Positions 18,646 through 27,880 of a DNA stretch of 52,662 nt are shown in pieces (position 1 is the stretch's first letter; every line of letters starts with the position of its first letter). The notes beneath the pieces are model-generated. The model did no database searches and was not told the DNA's origin. It saw only the letters and a list, made by a program, of their open reading frames with translations. Location of the stretch: contig JAYFPW010000004.1 in assembly GCA_034927475.1 (NCBI GenBank), positions 1 to 52,662 of the forward strand, written 5' to 3'. The position numbers and the translations under genes are program-made. This stretch comes from Candidatus Elulimicrobiales bacterium (GTDB lineage Bacteria; Patescibacteriota; Minisyncoccia; Phycocordibacterales; UBA5272).

Positions 18646-18966
18646 ATGATAAACATTGAAGATCTTACAAAAGTAGAAATTAAACTCGGAAGAATTTTGA
18701 GTGTAGAAGAAATTGAGGGGAGTGAGAAGCTTTATAAGCTTTCTGTAGATTTTAGTGAGGAGGTTCCAAGACAAGTTCTTTCTGGAATCAAAAAATATTT
18801 TGAAAAAGATTTCCTTTTAAATAAACAATTTGCTTTTGTGACAAATCTTGAACCTAGAAAAATGATGGGTTTAGAGTCACAGGCTATGATTTTAGCAACA
18901 GGAGAGGAAACTCTCGCTCTTCTTACTCCAACCAAAGAAATGCCTTGCGGTTCTCAAATGAGATAA
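18646..18966 (+). CDS. Stand-alone tRNA-binding OB-fold protein (MetRS C-terminal/Trbp111/CsaA family)
   Basis: GSEKLYKL.VD, RQVLSGI, NLEPRKMMGLESQAMILA. Confidence 0.9.
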   Translation: MINIEDLTKVEIKLGRILSVEEIEGSEKLYKLSVDFSEEVPRQVLSGIKKYFEKDFLLNKQFAFVTNLEPRKMMGLESQAMILATGEETLALLTPTKEMPCGSQMR

Positions 18967-19011
18967 TTAATATATTTTATAGCCTTATGTTAAAATAGAG
19001 ACATAATTGTT

Positions 19012-19338
19012 ATGTCTAACTTTTTTAAAAACAGATTTGAAGAAAAAGATTATATTCCCACAAAAGGGATTTTAGATGAAGATAGACTTTTAGCTGTAAA
19101 TCATATTTGTATTCATGAAGATTGTGTAATTTTAAATGACACAGTTTCACCTTTTGGTTCTATAGATATTGAAGAAAAGACCACTTTTGTTATTGATGAT
19201 ATTTTAGATGTCATTGTGCCTATTATTCAAAGAGAAGAAAACAGAGAAAAAATTATTACTATTTGTGGACCTGAAATCGCTAAAAGAATGCTCGGAAGAA
19301 AACTCGAAGATAGAATTAAAAGAGAGGTTAGCTACTAA
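19012..19338 (+). CDS. Hypothetical protein
   Basis: 108-aa ORF with upstream TGTTAAAAT. Confidence 0.6.
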   Translation: MSNFFKNRFEEKDYIPTKGILDEDRLLAVNHICIHEDCVILNDTVSPFGSIDIEEKTTFVIDDILDVIVPIIQREENREKIITICGPEIAKRMLGRKLEDRIKREVSY

Positions 19339-19410
19339 CTTGCTTTATTTGCCAAAATATTGTATAGTATTTATAGATAATTTTTTGGTATTAATTAAAA
19401 AAATTAAAAA

Positions 19411-19794
19411 ATGGTTCAAACAAAAAAAGAGCAGCTATCTTTTCTCTTTAAGACTTTTGAGAATTCAGTGAGGTCGGAAGATGCAATAAAAGTAGCCAAA
19501 AGAATTAAGACTTTTATAGCAAAAAACAAAAACTTAGCGGAAAAAGCTTTAATGGATTTTCCGACAGCTATTGGTAGGGTAAAATCACAAGGTAAAATTT
19601 CGGAAGAAAATTACAAAACCTTCTTTAAAGAAGTTTTGCCGATCGTTTATAGCATTGCCCATTTTCATTTATCTTTTTGTGAAGAGAGAAGTCTGGAGAG
19701 GTGTGATACAGATTACCCTTATCAGGATTTGCTGGAGAGATTGTTTATGAACAGTTACTATGTTTCCCAAACGGCGTCTCTTCGAATCGCATAA
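19411..19794 (+). CDS. Hypothetical protein
   Basis: 127-aa ORF with promoter and terminator (aaaagccc-atac-gggctttt). Confidence 0.6.
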   Translation: MVQTKKEQLSFLFKTFENSVRSEDAIKVAKRIKTFIAKNKNLAEKALMDFPTAIGRVKSQGKISEENYKTFFKEVLPIVYSIAHFHLSFCEERSLERCDTDYPYQDLLERLFMNSYYVSQTASLRIA

Positions 19795-19823
19795 AAAGCC
19801 CATACGGGCTTTTTGTTTTTTTG

Positions 19824-19895
19824 TGACCCCGCTAGGAATCGAACCTAGATCTAGAGCTTAGAAGGCTCTCGTTCTATCCATTGAACTACGGGGTC
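19824..19895 (-). tRNA. tRNA-Arg(UCU)
   Basis: Reverse complement gaccccgtagttcaatggatagaac..agagc-ctTCTaa-gctct..cggggtca. Confidence 0.95.
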
Positions 19896-20019
19896 TTTTG
19901 TGTAATAAATATAACAGATTTTGACTTTAAAATAAAGTATTAGTTTTATATTTAATTTTTCTTTTATTTTTTAGTATTTTGTAAAAATCCTTTTTTAAGT
20001 TATAATGTGCATACAATTT

Positions 20020-20095
20020 GGGAGATTAGCTCAGTTGGTAGAGCAGCTCGTTTACACCGAGAAGGTCAGGGGTTCGAGTCCCTTATCTCCCACCA
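20020..20095 (+). tRNA. tRNA-Val(UAC)
   Basis: ctcg-ttTACac-cgag; CCA encoded. Confidence 0.95.
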
Positions 20096-20104
20096 AATAA
20101 AGAC

Positions 20105-20914
20105 ATGGCGCTTAAGAAAATAAAAGTATTGTTTGAAAATGATAATCAAATTATTATTGATAAACCAGCTGGAATTATGTCTCATCCAGATGGTAGGAAA
20201 GACGAATATACTTTAGCTGATTGGCTTAAAGATTTTGCAAAGAAAAAGTTTAAGAAAAAATCTTGGCAAGATATTTTAGAAAATATTGGAGATAAAGAAA
20301 GAGAGGGAGTGGTTCATAGGCTGGATACTGGCACAACTGGAGTTATGGTTTTTGCTTTAAATAAAAATTCTTTTATTTTTTTAAAAAAGCAATTTAATTC
20401 TCACACTTCAAAAAAAACTTACAGAGCAATTGTTGTAGGACATATAAAAGAAAATACTGGAATTATCGATGCGGCTATTTCCAGAAGTAAATCTGATTTT
20501 AGAAAGAAAAATACTAAAGACCTTTTTACTAATGATGGAAAAGGGGATGTGCGAGGTCGTGAAAGAAACGCGGTGACTAGATATAAAGTCTTAGCAAGAT
20601 TGCGAAATGAAAAAGGAAGCCCTTTTACACTTGTAGAATGTTATCCGGAAACTGGGAGAACTCATCAAATTCGTGTGCATTTAAAATCTATTCGTCATCC
20701 AATTTTAGGAGATGATTTGTACGGAGTAGGGGAAATTGAAAGAAAAAAGATTCAAGACGAATTTAAAACAAAATTAGGGAGACCAATGCTCCACGCTTAT
20801 TCTCTAAAAATTAAAATTTTAGATGAAAATAATCTACCAACTGAAAAGACTTTTATAGCCGAAGAACATGCTGATATGAAGCAAGTTTTGAAAGAGCTTA
20901 ATTATAAAGCTTAG
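20105..20914 (+). CDS. RluA/RluD family pseudouridine synthase
   Basis: DKPAG, VHRLD.GTTG, TGRTHQIRVH, HPILGD.LYG. Confidence 0.95.
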   Translation: MALKKIKVLFENDNQIIIDKPAGIMSHPDGRKDEYTLADWLKDFAKKKFKKKSWQDILENIGDKEREGVVHRLDTGTTGVMVFALNKNSFIFLKKQFNSHTSKKTYRAIVVGHIKENTGIIDAAISRSKSDFRKKNTKDLFTNDGKGDVRGRERNAVTRYKVLARLRNEKGSPFTLVECYPETGRTHQIRVHLKSIRHPILGDDLYGVGEIERKKIQDEFKTKLGRPMLHAYSLKIKILDENNLPTEKTFIAEEHADMKQVLKELNYKA

Positions 20915-21088
20915 TTGATTCAAAGAGCTTTTTGTGTTAATATGCCTCTATTAAATAGAGATATTTAAGGTAAAAAATCCGAGTTTAGACCTAATTTATA
21001 AGACATGTCCGCTTTCGCTAAAGCTTCAGCGTGACAAAGGTAGTTTCTCACAAATTTTTTGTAAAAGATTTTTTATATATTTTAAAAT

Positions 21089-21514
21089 ATGAAAACAAAT
21101 ATCAAATTATCAAAAGTAGATATGGAAGAAAGAAAAGCTTTAGACTTTTCTTCTGGAGATACAATTAGAGTTTGGAACAAGTTAAAAGATAAAGACGGAA
21201 AAATTCGTCTTCAAGCTTTTGAAGGACTTGTGCTAGCTAGAAAGCATGGCACAGGTATCACCGCTACATTTACAGTTAGAAAAGTAACTTCTGGAGTTGG
21301 GGTAGAAAAAATTTACCCTCTCTATTCTTCAAATATAGATAGAATTGAAATTGTTAGAAAAAATAAAGCAAGAAGAAGCAAACTTTATTATGTAAGAGAT
21401 AAAGCTAAAAAAGATATCAGAAGAAAATTGAAAGCTGATACAAAGTTTGTTAAAAAAGATGGAGTTACCACAACAGAAGTTAAAGAGGAGGTTGTGGAAG
21501 AAGGGGTAGAATAA
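21089..21514 (+). CDS. rplS: 50S ribosomal protein L19
   Basis: GDTIRV, RLQAFEG, TFTVRK, GVGVE, RRSKLYY. Confidence 0.97.
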   Translation: MKTNIKLSKVDMEERKALDFSSGDTIRVWNKLKDKDGKIRLQAFEGLVLARKHGTGITATFTVRKVTSGVGVEKIYPLYSSNIDRIEIVRKNKARRSKLYYVRDKAKKDIRRKLKADTKFVKKDGVTTTEVKEEVVEEGVE

Positions 21515-21600
21515 AAATAAAATCATAAAAATCTCGCGCAAGACGCGAGATTTTTATTTGAATAAAAGTCATTTTTTTGATATTATTATTTTGTTCAAAT

Positions 21601-21685
21601 GCCCGGGTGGCGAAATTGGTAGACGCACTACCTTGAGGTGGTAGCGGGAATTGCTCCCATGCTGGTTCAAGTCCAGTCTCGGGCA
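21601..21685 (+). tRNA. tRNA-Leu(GAG)
   Basis: ctacc-ttGAGgt-ggtag; long variable arm. Confidence 0.95.
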
Positions 21686-21776
21686 CAAATAAGTATTTAA
21701 AAGTAGACTTTCTGGTCTGCTTACTTTTTGTGTTGGTTTTTGATAGTAGTTTTAAAACGTGATATATTATTGGCGT

Positions 21777-22910
21777 ATGAATAAAAAATTATTAAGTTTA
21801 ATATTAGGGTTTTCAGTTTTATTTATTAGTTTAAATGTTGTCGGTGCTCAGAATTGGGAAGGTCCATATGTAAATAAAGAATTGTTTACAGCTGGTGATA
21901 ATGTAAGAGTTGGTGGAGAATTGGTTGGAACTGCTTTTCAAGCCGGAAGAAACTTAACTAGTTCTTCAGTTGTTGACGGTATATTATTTTCCGCAGCTCA
22001 AAATGTTTTTTTAAGTGGACAAAGTGAATATTTATTTTCAGCCGGAAGTTTAGTAAGTGTAAAAAGTAAAGTCGTAAAAGATGCTTTTATGGTAGGATCT
22101 ACCATCATAGCCGAAGAGGCTGATTTTGGTAGAGATGTTTACGCTGCCGGAGAAACCATTTCTCTCTCAGGAAATTTTGCTAGAAATGTTTTATTAGGTG
22201 GAAACATAGTTTCTCTTTCCGGAAATTTTAACGGAGATGTTGTAGTCGAAGCGACCAGTATTGAAATTTTAGATGGTACAAATATTAAAGGGGAGCTTAG
22301 ATACAACGAAAATGCTTCAGTAAAAATTGGGGACAATACAAGTATTGGTTCTAAAAGTACTTTTGTCAGTAAAATGAGCCAAATGGAAAAAGAAAATTCT
22401 AACGGAACTTTCTTAGCAAAGCTTGGAAGTTCAGCTTTTGGTTTTGCAAACGCATTAGTTTTGGGACTTTTAATCATTTGGTTATTCCCAATGCTTTTCA
22501 AAAAGCTTACAGATAGAAATAATAAAATTACTTTTGCTTCATCAGCTAAAAGATTTGGAGTCGGGCTTCTAGTTTTAATAGTAGCTCCAATTTTATTTGT
22601 TATTGGATTAATTACAGTTATTGGAATTAGTGCAAGTTTTGTACTTATGCTAATTTATGTAATCTTAATTCTTGCCGCGAAAGTTTTAGTCGGATATCTC
22701 TTAGGAAGAGAAATTTTACTTAAAGGATTTAAAAAGACCAAAGCTGGAGCTATTGCAAGCCTACTACTCGGACTTTTAATTATTGCTCTATTATCATTAA
22801 TACCAGTAGCGGGTGGAATTATAGTATTTATAGTTCTCTGTCTAGGTTTAGGATTAGGTTTTGATTTAATTTTTCCAAAAAGTAAAGAAACAAAATTAAT
22901 TGAGAACTAA
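21777..22910 (+). CDS. Membrane protein with beta-helical (bactofilin-like) repeats and C-terminal TM bundle
   Basis: Signal peptide; xAGxxVxxxG repeats; about 5 C-terminal TM helices. Confidence 0.75.
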   Translation: MNKKLLSLILGFSVLFISLNVVGAQNWEGPYVNKELFTAGDNVRVGGELVGTAFQAGRNLTSSSVVDGILFSAAQNVFLSGQSEYLFSAGSLVSVKSKVVKDAFMVGSTIIAEEADFGRDVYAAGETISLSGNFARNVLLGGNIVSLSGNFNGDVVVEATSIEILDGTNIKGELRYNENASVKIGDNTSIGSKSTFVSKMSQMEKENSNGTFLAKLGSSAFGFANALVLGLLIIWLFPMLFKKLTDRNNKITFASSAKRFGVGLLVLIVAPILFVIGLITVIGISASFVLMLIYVILILAAKVLVGYLLGREILLKGFKKTKAGAIASLLLGLLIIALLSLIPVAGGIIVFIVLCLGLGLGFDLIFPKSKETKLIEN

Positions 22911-22976
22911 TTAATTTACATTTGCGTTTAGTTTTAAAAACAAGATTTTTGTGTTAAAATGATTCCGCAAATGTAT

Positions 22977-23052
22977 GGTGCCTATAGTGTAATGGTTAGC
23001 ACTAGGGTTTGTGGAACCCTCAGTTCCGGTTCAAATCCGGATAGGCACACCA
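22977..23052 (+). tRNA. tRNA-His(GUG) with A73 discriminator
   Basis: agggt-ttGTGga-accct; acceptor gtgccta/taggcac, then A and CCA; G at -1 (22977). Confidence 0.93.
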
Positions 23053-23056
23053 AAAG

Positions 23057-23090
23057 AAAAACCGAATGATTTTCTGTCATTCGGTTTTTT
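23057..23090. terminator. Bidirectional terminator
   Basis: aaaaaccgaatga-tttctg..tcattcggtttttt. Confidence 0.8.
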
Positions 23091-23103
23091 GTTCAGCTCG
23101 AGA

Positions 23104-23271
23104 TTATTCAATAAGGGCTACGCAAGTTCCTTTTTTTTGTTTTTTCAAGCAACCACTCCCGTTAGGGTTGGTACAATCACAACCTTTGCCTAAGGCAAAA
23201 CGGCAATTTTTGCCTGGTCCAGTTTTTTTTCGGACATCTTTTTTCTCGAGTGCTGTAACGTTTTCGGGCAT
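23104..23271 (-). CDS. Small Cys-rich basic protein (55 aa), not in the ORF track
   Basis: MPENVTALEKKDVRKKTGPGKNCRFALGKGCDCTNPNGSGCLKKQKKGTCVALIE*. Upstream ttgctt..TGgTAGAAT promoter and downstream terminator. Confidence 0.55.
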   Translation of the reverse strand: MPENVTALEKKDVRKKTGPGKNCRFALGKGCDCTNPNGSGCLKKQKKGTCVALIE

Positions 23272-23389
23272 AAGCTAAGTATTTATTTAGTTTAACAAAA
23301 AAAGAACATGAAAACATTCTACCATATATTTAAAAATAAAGCAAGGGTCTTGTCAAACCCGAAATAGGTAAATAAAAATACAAACTCTT

Positions 23390-24142
23390 TTAAATTTTAA
23401 GTTTCTCAAAACCGTCTCGAGTGTAATCATTGTAAGCCAAAATCTCCCAAGGAGAATATTTGTCTATTTTTGATTGATTTTCTTCTTCGTGCAAATTGTC
23501 GGCCAAAATGAAATCTAGAAATCTTCTAAAGGGGGCAATAAATTTTTTGATAGGAGAATATTTCACAAAGGTCACTCCGGCATTATCAGCTGGATTATAC
23601 ATGTTCATTCTTATGTAGTCTTTAACAAGTAAATCTTTCCCAAAAAGCAGAGTTGATAAAAACATCTTTAAAAAAATCCCATGAGTAAAACAGACATTAT
23701 ATTTTTTCCCATTTTTAACTAGATATTTTTGTGTCTCTAGGGCTCTATCTTTCAAATCTTGGAAGTTTTCTTCATCGTAAAGCCTCAAATCTGGGTCGTG
23801 AATACTTTTATCCATAGTATCAATAAAAGCTTTAGCTATAGGATCATCGTAATACATTCCCACAATAATGGTAGGATTTTTTCTTTCAGCCAATAAAGGA
23901 GCGATAACATAATTTTCTCCTTTTATATTTAAATACTTATTTACTATAGCTGCTGTCTCAATAGTTCTTTCATATGGAGAAATAAAAATCTTTTGTATTT
24001 TCATTTTAGTAAGTCTTTTTCCGAGTTCTTCAACTTCTAATTTTCCTTTTTCAGAAAGTCCTCCTTTTTCGTCTTGTCTTCTTCTTTGTTCATTTAAAAT
24101 GGTCTCGCCGTGCCTAATTAGGTAAAAGTATTTATTAAACAT
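23390..24142 (-). CDS. Histidine phosphatase (phosphoglycerate mutase family) protein
   Basis: LIRHGET, SPYERT.ET, LAE, THG. Confidence 0.9.
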   Translation of the reverse strand: MFNKYFYLIRHGETILNEQRRRQDEKGGLSEKGKLEVEELGKRLTKMKIQKIFISPYERTIETAAIVNKYLNIKGENYVIAPLLAERKNPTIIVGMYYDDPIAKAFIDTMDKSIHDPDLRLYDEENFQDLKDRALETQKYLVKNGKKYNVCFTHGIFLKMFLSTLLFGKDLLVKDYIRMNMYNPADNAGVTFVKYSPIKKFIAPFRRFLDFILADNLHEEENQSKIDKYSPWEILAYNDYTRDGFEKLKI

Positions 24143-24189
24143 ATTTTTTTATTTTTACTCTTAGATATATTAGCATAGAAAAGTTTAAT

Positions 24190-24198
24190 TTATCCACA
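24190..24198 (+). promoter_or_regulatory. Perfect DnaA box in a divergent intergenic region
   Basis: TTATCCACA. Confidence 0.4.
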
Positions 24199-24281
24199 TT
24201 AATCTTTTATTTTTAAGTTTTTTCGAAAAAGATAGGATATAATGAATTAGTAAATTAAAGTACAACTTTAAACACAATTTT

Positions 24282-25454
24282 ATGACTATTCAGAATATTG
24301 AAGATGTAATGGAGCGTATAATGAGCCTTAATAGAAATCTGAATGAAGAGTCTCTTAAAACTTTATTATCTGCTAGCGGCTGGGATAGGGAAGACATTTT
24401 AGAGGGTCTTCGTATTTTTAGAGCTACAAACAAAAACACAGTTGCGGCCGCACCTATAGCAAGTCATTCTGTAGATAGAGAAAAAATTGAAAATAATCTC
24501 TCCGAAGAAGCTGTGGTAGAAGATATTGTTCAAGATAAGCCTTACACCTTTAGTTTAAAGAAAAAAGAAGAAGCTCCGGATGTTGCACCTTTGGTAGTTG
24601 AAACAAAAGACGATCCATTAAAAGTAGAAGTATCTTTACCTACAAAGAGTAGAGTGTTAGAAAAAGCAGAAGAGACCGCAGCAGAAGTAGAAAGCTTCAT
24701 GGGTGTTAAGACAGAAAATAAAGAGGCTTCTGTTCCTGCTATCACCATTACTACTGAAAAAGATAAACCTGCAAAGAAAAAATCTAGTAGCAGACTAGGG
24801 GGAATTATTTTACTCCTACTTCTTCTTTTGTTACTTCTTGGAGCGGCGGCGGCTTACTTATTCCTACCGTCTTTTGCTGGATGGGTAAATGAAAAATTAT
24901 CTTTTGGTCCAAAACAAACTATCAACACAAAAGACATGACCAGAAGCGAATGGAATACAAATCCAAATTTAAACCCAAACCAAAATCCGAATAATCCAAA
25001 TTATATAGTACCAACTCCTGTTATAAATATTGTTACCCCAACATCTTCTACTTCCTCTGGAACTCAAATTCAACAAACTACACCGATTCCAATGGTTGTG
25101 TCTGATGCTCAAGTTGGAGAACTTATGCGAGAAATTGAAAAATTAAAAGCTGATCTAAATACATATAAAAATTCTATACCTGAAGCTAAAACACAAACTA
25201 TAGTTAGATATGTTTCTCAGAAAGGTGCGACAGGAGCAACTGGTAGAGGTATAGTTTCTGTTGGAGCATCTAGTACAGGTTTTGTTATAAATTATACAGA
25301 CAACACAAATGAGATTGTCCCTTATTCTACAAGCACATTAACAGACGTTCTAAATTCCAAACAAGTTTGTTTTAGAGATATGAATGCTACGACTAGTAGT
25401 AGTACAGACGCTTGTTTAGATAAAAATACAGTTATTAATTTGTTAAATAGATAA
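24282..25454 (+). CDS. Single-TM hypothetical protein with short collagen-like motif
   Basis: SASGWDREDI N-terminal domain, poly-Leu TM, NP repeats, KGATGATGRG. Confidence 0.8.
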   Translation: MTIQNIEDVMERIMSLNRNLNEESLKTLLSASGWDREDILEGLRIFRATNKNTVAAAPIASHSVDREKIENNLSEEAVVEDIVQDKPYTFSLKKKEEAPDVAPLVVETKDDPLKVEVSLPTKSRVLEKAEETAAEVESFMGVKTENKEASVPAITITTEKDKPAKKKSSSRLGGIILLLLLLLLLLGAAAAYLFLPSFAGWVNEKLSFGPKQTINTKDMTRSEWNTNPNLNPNQNPNNPNYIVPTPVINIVTPTSSTSSGTQIQQTTPIPMVVSDAQVGELMREIEKLKADLNTYKNSIPEAKTQTIVRYVSQKGATGATGRGIVSVGASSTGFVINYTDNTNEIVPYSTSTLTDVLNSKQVCFRDMNATTSSSTDACLDKNTVINLLNR

Positions 25455-25551
25455 TAATTTTTTTAAAAGACCCTTTCTTAACTTAAAAAGAAAGGGTCTT
25501 TTCACATGTTAAAATAGAAAGGTAATTTAATAATTTATATATTTTAATTTT

Positions 25552-26346
25552 ATGAATGAAAAAAACAAAAGAGGATGGATAAAAGCAGCTATAATTTTAG
25601 CTATTTTATTCGCAATTGGAATCATTGTTGTCCAAGGTGTAAAAACTTATACCAACAATATGAATCCTAGAACAGTTGTTATTACTGGTACAGGAAAAGT
25701 CGCCGCTGTTCCAGACGTGTCTACGATTAGCTTTACACTTAGAAGTGAAAGTAAAAATGATAATACAAAAACTTTACAAGAAGATATTTCAAAAAAAGCA
25801 GATTCTGTTTTTGCTAAATTAAAAGAGCTTGGTATTGATGAGAAAGATATCAAAACAACAAACTATTCTGTTAACCCAAAATATGGTTATAGAGATTGTT
25901 ATAGCGCTTCTTCTATTCAACCTTGTGAATCAAGATATGTTTTAGGATATGAAGCTAGCGAAAGTGTAGATGTTAAGGTTCGCAGTACTGAAAACGTAAG
26001 TAAAGTTTTAGATGTTTTAGCCGGGGATAAAATCACCGAAGTTTATGGTCCAAACTTTTCAATCGATGATGTTGAAGCTGTTAAAGATTCTGCGAGAGAT
26101 TTAGCTATTCAAGATGCGAAAGACAAAGCTTCAGTTTTAGCAAAATCTTTAGGGGTTAAAATAAAAAGAATAGTTTCTTTTTCTGATAATAATGGCGTAG
26201 CTGCACCTTATCCAGCAGTTTATAGAGACAGTATGAATTATGCAGCAGGAGCCGTAGAACTACAATCAGCTAAAGTTGCAAATATTGCAGAAGGCCAACA
26301 AGATGTTGTTTCTAATGTTTCTATCACTTTCCAAATCGAAGATTAA
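25552..26346 (+). CDS. SIMPL (DUF541) domain protein
   Basis: ITGTGKV.AVPD, GIDEKDIKT, AIQDAKDKA..LA..LGV. Confidence 0.92.
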   Translation: MNEKNKRGWIKAAIILAILFAIGIIVVQGVKTYTNNMNPRTVVITGTGKVAAVPDVSTISFTLRSESKNDNTKTLQEDISKKADSVFAKLKELGIDEKDIKTTNYSVNPKYGYRDCYSASSIQPCESRYVLGYEASESVDVKVRSTENVSKVLDVLAGDKITEVYGPNFSIDDVEAVKDSARDLAIQDAKDKASVLAKSLGVKIKRIVSFSDNNGVAAPYPAVYRDSMNYAAGAVELQSAKVANIAEGQQDVVSNVSITFQIED

Positions 26347-26489
26347 AAAATATTGACTTATATTCTCAAAAAGGGTATATTTAATACATAATTTTAGAGC
26401 GCCGAGAGGCGTTTTAAAAATGAAAAATTTGTGTTAGAATTTCATTAAAATAAAGATCGAGATAACCTTTGATCAACAATTTAAAAAAT

Positions 26490-26672
26490 ATGAATAGTAT
26501 AGTCAATTATTTAAAATCTGTAAGAGCTGAACTAAGACATGTTGTTTGGCCAACTAAGAATGTTGTGATTAACCACTCACTTTTAGTGATCGCGGTTTCA
26601 ATTGTTACAGCAGTATTTCTTTTTGGATTAGACACACTCTTTACTAGAACACTAGGAGCTTTTATTGGTTAA
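26490..26672 (+). CDS. secE: Preprotein translocase SecE
   Basis: ELRHVVWPT, single TM, upstream of nusG. Confidence 0.93.
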   Translation: MNSIVNYLKSVRAELRHVVWPTKNVVINHSLLVIAVSIVTAVFLFGLDTLFTRTLGAFIG

Positions 26673-26704
26673 TTATTATTAATCTAAATTATTAAAATAA
26701 AAAT

Positions 26705-27250
26705 ATGGCAAAACAAGAACTTGGTGGAGAGAGGCATTGGTATGCTGTACACACATATAGCGGTTACGAAAATGCAGTTCTCCGTAACTTAAAGCAAAGA
26801 ATTACTTCGCTCAGTTTAGAAGACAAAATTTTCGATGTTATTGTCCCTGTCGAAAAGAAAATTAAAGTTAAAGGAAATAAAAGAGTGGAAGTTGAAGAAA
26901 AAATTTATCCAGGATATGTCTTGGTAGATATGATAGTAGATGACGACTCTTGGTATGTGGTGAGAAATACACCTCGCGTAACTGGTTTCGTCGGTAGTGG
27001 AACTATACCTGTACCTCTAGAAAAGAAAGAATTAGATTTTATTTTCTCTAGAATGAAAGAAGCTGAAACAGTTCATGACATTTCTATTGAAGAAGGGGAA
27101 ATCGTTTCTATTATTGACGGTCCATTTAAAGATTATGAAGGAAAGGTTTCTGAAGTTGATAGGGCGAGAGGGAAACTCAAAGTTTTAGTCTCTATGTTTG
27201 GTAGAGAAACTCCACTAGAATTAGACTTTTTACAAATTAAGAAGTTATAA
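26705..27250 (+). CDS. nusG: Transcription factor NusG
   Basis: WYAVHTYSGYE, YPGYVLV, TPRVTGFVG, KOW DGPF, FGRETP. Confidence 0.97.
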   Translation: MAKQELGGERHWYAVHTYSGYENAVLRNLKQRITSLSLEDKIFDVIVPVEKKIKVKGNKRVEVEEKIYPGYVLVDMIVDDDSWYVVRNTPRVTGFVGSGTIPVPLEKKELDFIFSRMKEAETVHDISIEEGEIVSIIDGPFKDYEGKVSEVDRARGKLKVLVSMFGRETPLELDFLQIKKL

Positions 27251-27308
27251 AAAATTTTTGAAAAATTAGAAAATTGTGCTAGAATGCACAAACTATAAGA
27301 ATAAAACT

Positions 27309-27734
27309 ATGGCTAAAGCAAAAAAAATACTTAAATACGTAAAGGTTGAAATTGAAGCCGGAAAAGCTACTCCTGCTCCTCCTCTTGGACCAGCTCTTGG
27401 ACAAGCTGGAGTTCAAATTGGAGACTTTGTAAATAAATTCAACTCAGATACCAAAGACATGAAAGGAAGGCTTCCTGTAAAGATTTATGTTTATGAAGAT
27501 AGAACCTATGACTATGTTATTAAATCTCCAACAGCTTCCTATTTAATTAAAAAAGCAGCTGGTATTGATAAGGGATCTGTTAAACCAAAACTTTCTAAAG
27601 CTGGACAGATTTCTAAAGATAAAATCCGTGAAATTGCTGAAGTTAAAATGAAAGATTTGACCGCAAATACGACAGAAGAAGCAATGAAAATTATCGAAGG
27701 ATCCGCAAGAAGTATGGGTCTTGAGATAAAATAA
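27309..27734 (+). CDS. rplK: 50S ribosomal protein L11
   Basis: AGKATPAPPLGPALGQ, GSARSMG. Confidence 0.97.
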   Translation: MAKAKKILKYVKVEIEAGKATPAPPLGPALGQAGVQIGDFVNKFNSDTKDMKGRLPVKIYVYEDRTYDYVIKSPTASYLIKKAAGIDKGSVKPKLSKAGQISKDKIREIAEVKMKDLTANTTEEAMKIIEGSARSMGLEIK

Positions 27735-27742
27735 GGAAATAC

Positions 27743-27777
27743 AAAACAGCCACGCCTTCGGCGCGGCTGTTTTCTTT
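27743..27777 (+). terminator. Intrinsic terminator after rplK
   Basis: aaaacagccacgcc-ttcg-gcgcggctgttttcttt. Confidence 0.8.
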
Positions 27778-27880
27778 AAAAAATTAAACACATTTATCAG
27801 AATTCGCAAGATTTTATTTTTCTTCCAATTTGCTATAGTTGGGGAAGATTCGTTATTTATTAATTTAAAATATTATTTAT

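Noticed and set aside
18646-18966. metG pseudogene fragment
   Set aside because: Intact ORF; short MetRS plus a free-standing tRNA-binding domain is a common arrangement.
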